A DNA stretch of 62,249 nt, filler included, from Sluysia triapertura (lineage: Eukaryota), in the NCBI GenBank assembly GCA_046118255.1. It is 5 parts of 5 records of this genome, joined end to end, with 100 filler letters (N's around TTAATTAATTAA, not from the genome) between each part and the next. Parts side by side here need not be neighbours in the genome. Positions count along the whole stretch, not along the records: positions 50,772 to 62,249 come from JBJNIA010184313.1; 4 more parts are not named here. One strand, 5' to 3'. The position numbers were made by a program, and so were the translations under genes. Below the pieces are notes generated by a model. That model did no database searches. It was not told where the DNA came from and saw only the letters and a list, made by a program, of their open reading frames with translations. Each line of letters opens with the position of its first letter. The first letter of the stretch is position 1. Shown here one piece after another: positions 52,030 to 62,249 of this stretch.

Positions 52030-54985
52030 TTTATTTGTAAAACATGTATTTAAATTTATATCACATAAGTCTTCTTCTGGATTCTTGGAATTATATTCTT
52101 CGCTCAGCTGCCACTGTATGATTACATATGATCCTCTTATTACTTCTGTTATCATAACTTCAGCCATTTCTCGTATTGTCTTGTACGAGAATCTGAGCGA
52201 TCTTAGCAAAGGTGTATTATCTGGGTGCCAAGAGCCAAGACATCCCACCATTAATTCGTGCAGAGTCACTTGGGTCTTGTACACTTCAGTTGGGATTTCA
52301 ATCAGGTCACCATACTTGTGCTGATTTAATTGTCGAGCTTGTGTAAAAAAACTCCTCCATGTCAAAGGGAACCTTGACATCTATCAAATACATTTTCCCG
52401 GAATAGGGACACTGCATATGAAGATCAGGTCGCCGGAGATCCTCTGTTGAAATGGGACTGTCTACTTTGACGTGGTACCCATTTTGTTCCAGATAGTTCT
52501 CTGCTACTCGGAGCACACATTTATGTCTGTTCATTACGTGGGCAAAGACAGGACGTGCTGTAGTGATTCGGTCACAAATCTGCACCATCGGCATGACAAT
52601 GGAAGTTTCTTGCGAATATTCTCCGGGTTGTAATTCAGTCTCAGTATGTTATTCCTAGCTTTCATAAGGAACTTCCAGCAGTGGTCACCAATTTGTAGCC
52701 TATTGATTCTGTTGGAGTAGATGGATAGAGACGTCATTTTGACTGTTCTTCCTTGACTTGTTAGGTTTCCCCAGTGTTCCGTGTGAGCTATATTGATTAG
52801 TTCATGCAAGTACTTACCGGCTTTTGCTTGATTCCTGTGGTTGAAAGTACCCGGTTTTGGACCCATAAATGGTGCTTCAACTTGAATTGCCAATACAGGA
52901 TCCTCAAACATAAAGGAAATCTTTATGTGGTACTTTCGGTTCAGGTTCTCTATGCCCTTTCGAACCTTACTCCACCAGGTTTGCAATTTAGGCGAGCGAG
53001 TGCTCGGGAAACCATTGAGCCAACCGAGGGCTTCTCTAAGATTTGACACGCCTGCCATGCGAGCCTTTGCCACTCGTATCAACTCCTTGCGAGCCATAGT
53101 TCTGGTTTCCAAATTGGAGCAGCCGAGCAGTCTGAATGCGCATATAATGCTTTGACAAATATAGTCATCATATGCCGATACCAGACCCAATCCACCATGC
53201 TTTTTGTGCGCGTACAGAAAGTGATTATTCAGCGGATATTTGTTAACATCCAGGATCTGCTTAAGCAGCCGCTGGAGTTTCTCATCATAACCTACTTCCT
53301 GCACTAACGCAGTTGACTGTCTTGCATGGGGACTACTGAGGACTTGGACATTTATGTTTAGGTTTCTAAAGTGAAACGGTAGTCTGGATTGGATAAATAC
53401 ATTGTACAGTTGAAATTTGTACTTTGCATCCAGGTTGCTAGCAACCACTTTTTCCAGATCGTCTAGGTTTCGATTCAGAATCCCATCAATGTCCTGCCTC
53501 TTTTTTGACTCACCAAAGGGCACCCCAAGGTAGAGTATTTTCTCTTCTTGGTTTGGTGAGATTGGACGTATTTCCGTGTCCAATATACGGAGGCCAACAT
53601 CTCCAGCAGTATTGGTATAATAGTAGCACTTGTTGGGGCGAAAGTGTAAATTGGCCGTTTTTGCACTCTCAACCATTTTGTCCAGCTTGCATTGCAAGTC
53701 TTTTCTGGACGTACCAATCAAGGCAATATCATCAGCATATGCCAAATACTGCGGAAATTGGTAGTCCTCACTACATATGCTTTGCTGCAGGTCTTTGAAC
53801 AGATAATCAATAGCAAGGCAGAACAGAGTCATTGACAAGGGACATCCCTGTTTAACTCCATATTCTATTGTTACTGGTTCCGTAAACCGACCATTACACA
53901 TGTACCGAGCTGAACTACCATTATACAGGCTTTTGATTATTCTGAGAGTCCTAAGGTCTACTCCTATCTTCTCCAATGTATACCACAGCAGCTCATGTGG
54001 CACTGATCCAAAGGCATTAGCCAGGTCAAGCAGTACTACGTGTACTTCACGTTTCTTTTTCCTAGCGTAATTCTTTGCTTCAGTCACTTCACGAAGTGTC
54101 CTGATAACAAAGATATGCTCGATACATCCATCGGATCTATTGATCGCGCCTTGATGTACTTTAAGGAGCTTTCCCATTTAGATCCATTGTAAGAGGCGCC
54201 TATTGATTGTTTTCGCAAAGATACGATAACACATGTCGAATATGGCAATAGGACGCCAATTGGATGGTTCCCGACCTTATTTCACCTTTCCTGGCTTTAT
54301 AAGCAGGAGTGTGGTAAAGTCTTTCCAACAGAGTGGTATTTCTTCTTTTTCCAGAATTCTGTTGAATAGAGCGGCTAGGAATTTGCCTTTTGGGTCAATC
54401 CTCCGAATATCATTAAGGGTTATCTTGTTTTGTCCAGGTGTTGAATTTTGGCACTCGTCCATAACAATACGTACTTCCTGCGGTATCACTACCTCTCCTG
54501 TAATGGTGTCCGGGAAGTATGGTAATTCGGGCATCAACGATGCATCAAACTGCGGCACTTTATCACTATTATAGTGTGTTACAATTTGCTGATCCGTCGG
54601 TCGCTCATCCGGAGTTCCCGAAATGGTTATCAATTGGAAGGCCTTGGCCATGTCTGACATGAATATTTTATTAATATTGATGTCTTCCAAAGCCTTCTTA
54701 CTGTGTCCTCCTCGGGCATTATTATATTTATTCAAGATATTTTCCATATCCTGCTTTTTACCCTGGCATACAAGGTCACAGAACATGTTGAATGCCTCAT
54801 TTGGCTGTATTTGGCGAGCCTGTATTCGCTCTATGATACATATCACCGACGGGTGGGGCTGTTTAGGCCTTTGTATGATAGTACCAGCCAACTTACCATT
54901 TATTAGATTATAGAGTACGGTTCTGGTCCAAACTATATCCGGTTCCACAAACTGGTAGCTAGACACCGCGTCTCCTTTTGCCAGC
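52030..54985 (-). mobile_element. RLE-type non-LTR retrotransposon (R2 superfamily, NeSL/Utopia-like), 5'-truncated, few frameshifts/stops
   Basis: Collinear TPGQNKIT, NWRPI, LDLANAFGSV, GVKQGCPLS, LAYADD, YLGVPF, GGLG; C-terminal CRWC...H knuckle; RH; RPD...IDVK restriction-like endonuclease; VGCLGSW. GC content is clearly above the flanks. Confidence 0.93.
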
Positions 54986-54989
54986 GTGA

Positions 54990-57400
54990 AAAGAAAACTG
55001 TGTCACGGAAAACTTTGCGTTTGCATTTGAAATGAAAGAAAATCACAAAGGAATTATTTCTGGACACCTGTAAGTGCCCCATTTTTAAATTAGAAAATAC
55101 TCTCTTTAATGGTATTGACAACCACAGCAGATTTATCAAATAATGAGACGTAAATCATATTGTTTGCAAATATAAACAGTCAAGCAATGATAATTACTCA
55201 CAGTATACAGGTATGTCCTTTTCTAACAAATTGTTACTGCAAAACGGTATCACAGTAATGTTGTTTTGAATCAAAAAGAGGTATTGAATTGCAAGAATTT
55301 AGTCGTGCACGAATAAAGCCATCTCTGGCCTCAAAACCATAAAGAAATTTTGAGGCATCTGCAACCAGTTTTATGCAATGTTCCACTCCTTGGGTGTGGT
55401 TCTTGTAATTGAAAGTTAGTGGCTCATTGCTGAATTTAGCAATATCGTTATCTGTCAGCTTCATCGTGAGTGATGGCTCCTGAATATCGTCCTAGTTAAT
55501 CAGATCAACGTAGTTTATCGCATCATAGCTAATCGGTGGAACTGTAAACAGACATATTGCAGCTGTAGAAGCATGGAGTCTTCGCTGGAGTATAATATCA
55601 ACTGCTCTTCAACGAGTACTTTTGTCTGATTCAGCCAGCATAGCAATAAGAACATTTTCGGAATGAGAAAAATATGCTCTGGGACTAACGTAAAGCTTGA
55701 CAATAGCAGCAATTTGGAGAAGTTGAGTTGCATTATAGACATGTCTTGCACCATATGTGTATGATGGATTGCGCTTTATGGTGAACGAGTTTGCAGCATA
55801 GTTAGTTATATTGAAGTGTGTTACATTGATGCAAAGGTTAACATAAGGATTGTCTGTAGCAACATACAGGCGGCAAACCCTGTTGGCAAAAGTAAGCCAG
55901 CATGAGTGATTTAAGGGACAAGGCTTTCTAGCTGATAAATTTTCAGAAGCAACGCCAGTTCTAATGGCTGTTACAATATCATATAAATATTTCTGGTCAC
56001 ATGATAGATCAGCTTACACATCCTCATCTATCGCAGACATATTGTGTTGACTTGCAATCTTTGTAAAATTGGCAATATGTTTCAGTTCGCAATGATAAAC
56101 TCGTTGCTCCAGATGTTGGCCCATCCAGTGTTGTAAACAGATGTCGCAGTAGTAGTTCATTTGTGTGTAGCAAGCATATGAACCAATTCAGAGAAAGTCC
56201 TAAAGCCACCTCTAGAATACTGGTTACTCCACCTTTACTGCCAACATTTGCATTTGTCCCGTCACAGCCTATTGCTAAGATACTATCATTTGCATCTTGC
56301 TCTCTAATTACAGTTACAATACTGGTAGCAATATCAGTACTTTTGCCAAATGAAGGCGTCACATGTGTCAGGTAGCTACTACCTGGTTCTTCAACGAGAA
56401 CATAATGATCTTCAAGAGTAATATAACCATACCACTTGCCATTTCTGTTTACTTTGACAAAAGTTGTGTCTCGTCTACCATCAAAGTAAATACTTGTGAT
56501 AACTCTTGGTGACTCTCGCATATTGCATTACAAACCCTTTCTTAACTTCAACCTTTCACCATGTACTTCATTCTTGCCTATCACAAAGCTTTGATTCTGC
56601 TTGGTTATGAAGCCAACATCGATAAGCACTGATGTTGCCAGGGATGCTGCAGCTCTGTCTGATATACCATATCTGTCTGCTTATTTTGCACAATATGGAA
56701 GGGCTATTCGCATGTGACTTTCAGCTACATCATCACTACTACCGGATTTATCATTACTAACATGAAGTACCTCGTCATCGATGTCCTTGATGACTTGCAC
56801 AGCTGTTACTAAATTGTTCTTCACTAAGATTTAAGTTACTCTCAGCATCTGAAAATTTTCTTGACATTTTACATCTCGTTTCTTCTTTAGTTTTCCGTTG
56901 TAAACGCTTCTGCAATCTGGTTGTTGCTTGGAAGTCTATATTTGCAATAAACATTTTGCAAGAGTTTCTTTGATAATGTAACATCTAGTGGAACTTTCAA
57001 ATTTCTAGGACAATGACAAGATAGGCTTACTTGTTTTGTAGAATTGTCATAATACATACTGCACTTATATGCATTATTTCAAACAATGAGTCCAAAGTGG
57101 CTAGAAAGGTAGACTGAGGTGTTGAACTTGATTTAGAACGATACAGTTCTGAACCTGTTGAAATCATTGCTTCTACACGTTTGATTACAGATCGGTAGTG
57201 CATCGTTAGAATGGAATCTTTGTTCCAGACTGATAACAACATCTGACACAACTCTGTACTTGTCTTTGTTTGAATCATTCTTTCTTTTTTTTCATATGCA
57301 AGAAATGCTGTGCAACTTGAAGATTTATTGAACTCGAAACAACCTTTTCATTTCATTTTCTAGTTGACACAATGATACAATTATTTTTATTTCAGCATTA
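54990..57400 (-). mobile_element. Degenerate DDE DNA transposon, hAT-superfamily-like transposase
   Basis: Frameshifted pieces give YFDGRRD, IGCDGTNANVG, CLLHTNEL (CxxH), PLNHSCWLTFANRVCRLY and HTQGVEHCIKLV in the expected order. Termini not resolved. Confidence 0.75.
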
Positions 57401-57620
57401 AGTTCAAAATTGCACTGTGAGTCTCAATACATTTTTTGTGCTTTAAAACTTTTATTACTTTTGCAAATTTTATGCAAAAATTAAATTGTGATTTTTGGAC
57501 TGACAATTTGGTGTACAAATTACTCTGATTAGTTATTCAACCAGAGATTTATAATGACTGTTACAATTTATTTTCTCTCTGGTTGGATGATAAAATAGCT
57601 TATAGATAAATGAAAGATAA

Positions 57621-57683
57621 ACCACCATTCACGCTGACATTCATTTGTACATAGTGATTAACTGTGTCAGTATGAATGGTGGT
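57621..57683. repeat. Inverted repeat hairpin (19-bp arms)
   Basis: ACCACCATTCACGCTGACA ... TGTCAGTATGAATGGTGGT. Confidence 0.85.
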
Positions 57684-59739
57684 AATTTGCTGATTAATGT
57701 AAACTAAAAATTTTATAATTTGAAAAATTATAAATTAAAAATAATAATGGTGTTAATAATAATAATAATAACAAAAGTGTTATTATTATTAACCAAAAGA
57801 CACAAAACTCTGTATTTCTTTGTATAACATGATCTTTCTTTCTTTTTCTTTAATAATTCTTAACATATTTTGAATTGAAATAAAATAAAAAAAGATAGAA
57901 TTGAATGTTGTTATTAAATTGCATAAACCTTCTTAGCTGTCAACTAATAACAGTTGTTATTGAATATAAATTAAACATAGCAACAAATGAGTTGCTCCAC
58001 AATGCTCTTTGATTGGCTATCCAATCCTATATAATTTATCAGCAATATTTTATTAAGAAAAATCATTAATTACAATTAGTTCAATAACATAAAGATAAAC
58101 ACAATTATTATTTTATGTAAAGTTAATTTTTATCTAGTCAGAATCAAATCGTAATTTAAATTTCGAAACAAAAACAAGCTCTGATTTTCTAAGTGCCTCA
58201 TCAAAAATTTAAAGACTTAAATAATTTTGACGACGATTCTTATAATGATGATTATGATTATTAAGATTATCATGACTATAGTAATACGCATTTAAAGTCT
58301 CGTAAGCATGATCAGGTATTAACTGCTACTAAATTTAGAAAAGATCACACTGATCAATCAGACAAAACCTAAGAGTTGTTATTAAAAGTTATTGTTCAAA
58401 CTTTATTATATTCAAACTTTGATAGATGACAACATGTTTCTTTCGGTAAAGTTATTAAAGTCTAATTATTATCATTATGAGTTAACAAAAATATTACCCA
58501 AAATATCTTTCGAACTGTTATATGTAAAGGCAATTCAATTTCAACTCTAACTCTAACATCTGATTTTTCCATTGTTGTAATTAGTAATAATCATGCTTTA
58601 CCAACTACCAATGTTCATCCAAAATCCGACTGTATGGCACACCATAAAAAATGTAATCAAATTAAATAATAAACAGGACAACAATAAATCATATCATATG
58701 AAATCTGCTTTGTGTATCAACGAAACTTCAACAACAACATTTATTAATTAATTTAATTAAAAATTTGTTTCATTGATAACTTGATAAAAAATGTTTGCTC
58801 ATGATAAAATAATATTATATTTAACGATGAAGTATTACTAAGCATGTCGCGTAGATAAAGTAAAGATTAGTGGTTTTAATTAGTTTTTATAATTTAAAAT
58901 TAAAGTTAAATATGTTTCGATTTTTAAGCACAAGTAAAGTATATATTAAATTGAAGGTTATAAAGATACCAATTCAAATGTGTTATTGAAATTGACATGC
59001 CATGTGAGGTTGACGCACAATGTATTATACAAAGGATTTCTATGAAAAATAAATTTATTATTGCATTAATTTTATCCTTGATTTGAGTTAATAAATTGCA
59101 TTATTGATAGAATATCTTTATAGTAATGATATTAAATTTTAATTTAATTATGTTAAAAAGATAAGGGGATTGTTTATAACAAATCTCATTATCCTTGATA
59201 ATTACAAAAGATAATGACATTGGACATTTAATCAGTAAAATTGGTCAGCCTATCACCGACTTCAAAGAACGAATAATTTAATTTCCGTCTTGTCCAATTT
59301 CAAATTTTCAAACTGCTATATAAGCAATAATATTTTTGTAAAAATATTAAAACACAAAAACAAGGATGCTTCCTTAATTCATTTGTGAGATTGCTTATTT
59401 TTCAGTAGTCGACTAATATAAGTATTAGGGGGATAACTCAAATGGTAAATAATTTACTTCTCTATTCATTTTTTGTTAATGCGGGAGCTCAACGTTTATT
59501 GATTTTTAAATTGTGTCTACCCTGGTAATAATTTTGAATATTTAGAGAGTTATAACAATCTGGATAATATAATTATATACTGAAGATATTTTCTTATTAA
59601 AAGAATAATTGGTTTTATTTATAATTGTATTATTATAAAAGAATTTCTATTGATAAATGTTAAATTTTAAAGAATATATCGAGATTCCGAATTTTTTTGG
59701 TTATTGGATTATAATTTGATAATTTAAAATAAAAGTATA

Positions 59740-60574
59740 AGAGACATAAGATTTACATAATACTTGAGTAACTGGATTTCCACCACGTTTTTGATTATTT
59801 CTGTTTTCTGAATTGATTCTGCTTCTACTTTTATTGTTATATGAATTTCGATTCTAACATTTATATTTATTATTCAAATTCATTTGTAAATCGTTCTTTA
59901 TTTTGTTGCTTTACATTAGTATAATGAACCTAAAACATTTTATTATGTCTAAAATATTTTACGTTATTCTCACTATAATTGTTAAAACATATATTATCAG
60001 AAAAATTATTATACTTAAAATTACTCCGATTATTAGAAAATTGTCCATCTACATCTATTCAAATTATAGGCTCAATGGTGTAATTGAGTTCTATTCTCTA
60101 TATTTGACACTTTCTGCACTAACTCATCTAAATTAGTTCAAACTAACATTAAAAGTTGTGTTCTCATTGGTTCTTTACATCCATGAATAAAGTTTTCAGT
60201 AATTAATTCAATTTTTGCTCATAAGTAAAACTGGGTGTGCCTTATTTGTTAACTGTTTTAAATCAAATAAAACTTGTGTGACGTTTTCTTTTCTATATTT
60301 ATCATTTATCGAATGTTTTTAAAATTAACAAATTTAGAGTTTGCAGGCGAAGTTGACTTCCAAAAATCATCGATTAAATTTTTCATGCACTTTTATTTTC
60401 ATGTGGAATATATAAAGAAGCCTCACCGTCTTTTCCCTTTAAATATAGTAGAAGATGACTACATTGGGCATCATCTTGATATTGATATTGATTCAAAAAA
60501 TTTGATAAAACTTCTGCATTACTGTCAAAATATTCCAATGGAAGAACGAAAAATTTTATGAGTTCACTATTCAT
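59740..60574 (-). mobile_element. Possible LTR-retrotransposon gag relic
   Basis: KFFVLPLEYFDSN...QCSHLLLYLKG resembles Ty3/gypsy gag N-terminal helices; heavily decayed. Confidence 0.3.
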
Positions 60575-60589
60575 TCATTTTTCTCTCTA

Positions 60590-61170
60590 GTCTGTGGCAT
60601 AAAATTATTGCGTTTTTATAATTTATTATTTATTATTTATAATTTTTTATTTATTATTTATCTCGTTTAGCTTAAAACAGTCTTACTAATTTCAGTAGTT
60701 GCTATATCAAATACAATCTTGACGTAATCTTTTTTCTTAACACCAACAACGACTACCCCAAATTTACTTCTTGAAAATTAAATCAATAGTGTATTATTAA
60801 ATAAAAATTGAAATAGAATTTATTATTAATTTACTAAGTAAAACTAAAAAGAATCAATATGACAAAAATAATAATATTGTTTATAATAAGATCAAGAATA
60901 TTACATTCCAATTAAAACAAGACAACCAGGAGTGACGCAATAAACACTAATAATAGCAATATCCAAAAAAATTAATGATAGTTATTTAAATATTTCTGGT
61001 TAGCGTAACACAGAGTAAATCCGATCACGAGATTGTTTGATAATAATAATACCTTTCTATTAAACAAAATTAACAACAATATCTGGAGATAAAACACTTA
61101 ATATTTTGATAGAATAAATAGTGTAATGTGTTTCTCGCAAAATTAACTTAAAATGACTAAAATCAAATAT
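60590..61170 (-). repeat. Third fragment of the same repeat family (copy C)
   Basis: AACCAGGAGTGACGCAA (~60924) and 61040-61140 are reverse-complement matches to ~30238 and 30040-30125. Confidence 0.6.
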
Positions 61171-62249
61171 ATTTTTGGGGGTAATCGTTGTTTACACCAG
61201 TCTTTTATGGTTATATGATGTTTTATAGTTAGGGTTATGTAGCTTATTTTTAAAGTTAGCGGATAACCGAGACTTTTGTGTTATATTAACGATATTTAGA
61301 TAAAGAAAGGATGATACGTTTTCAGATGTTAGTAACGTGAGATAAAAACGTAAACTTATACAAGACGTATAAGGCAATATAGATAACATAGAATTAGATG
61401 AAATCAAATGGTGTAGACTAATGGGTACCATGATAAAATTCGTTTGTTCATAGTGATCTTTATATTCTAATATTTCATGAATTATTACGTAAAGTTTCAG
61501 AATAAACTTATGATCGATTACAGATATCTTAATCTTATTATTTGTTCGGTCAAAACTTATTTTGTCGTGTCGACAATGTACGTGTAAATATTTTATAGAT
61601 TTCGTACTTTTAAAATAATTAATATAAATTTTTTAGTTAGTTTTATTAAGACTAGAAAATTGACATGAATTACGACGAATAACATTAAATATATTTATTA
61701 AAATTTTATTCGTATTAAAATTTATGCAGGCATAATTCAATCCGACTGGTTAACGTTTCGTAGGATTTGTAAACGTATTTATCTTAATAAAATTATAAAT
61801 AAACAATTTAATAAATTTGTAATTTATATATCTAAGAATTAAGTTCAAATAAAACAATATGCAATTACCTTCGTATAATTTGAATATACATTGAGTTGCA
61901 CTAATGTTAGGATTTTCACTGATTAGCCTGACGAAGCAAATTAAGTTAGACCCGTTTAGTTTATCATTACGCGTATTATCACTATAGCCATATGATTTAA
62001 GATGAAATGCACTAGGCAAACAAAATATAATTTTCGTAAGTGAAGATCCTTTAGTATCATAAATTTCATTTACACTTATTTCGTCAGTTTTAATTCGATT
62101 TATGTTTGAGATATGGATAAAACGTTTTTGGACATGACTGTTCGGTATCGTGAAGATTCTTTTATGAATTTAATAATTGGTTGAATTTGATTGATTCTGT
62201 GTCGACACTGTATGTGAGATTAATAAATAATTTATGGGTAGATGATTAA

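Noticed and set aside
52804-54913. Several + strand ORFs overlapping the retrotransposon
   Set aside because: Antisense shadows of a GC-richer coding region.
58561-58600. SIVVISNNHAL, similar to ZNFX1 motif Ia (ILVVCYTNHAL)
   Set aside because: No Walker A upstream or other collinear motifs; likely chance.

Overview
Very AT-rich eukaryotic (almost certainly animal) genomic DNA made of five contigs joined by artificial 100-nt linkers (N44-TTAATTAATTAA-N44), so adjacency across the gaps is not guaranteed. Recognisable host genes: a complete RPLP0/uL10 gene with one 35-nt intron (36286-37247, +) and the first two exons of a ROCK/MRCK-type AGC kinase (18177-16695, -). Most of the rest is decayed mobile DNA: a young RLE-type (R2 superfamily, NeSL/Utopia-like) non-LTR retrotransposon plus two paralogous fragments, one retaining a Ulp1/C48 protease relic; a hAT-like transposase relic; a Polinton/Maverick capsid plus protease relic; an L2/CR1 3' end; LTR gag/protease/integrase relics; and hAT, piggyBac and Tigger-type MITEs or ends. 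Two patterns are invisible in the ORF track. The first is a four-copy ~98-bp unit made of a tRNA-Ala-like body (G3:U70, A73, aberrant anticodon arm) bracketed by TGTTAGA...TCTAACA. The second is two paralogous, frameshifted loci whose collinear motifs resemble ZNFX1-type SF1 helicase/NF-X1 zinc-finger genes. All family assignments are from motif recognition by eye; no searches were run.
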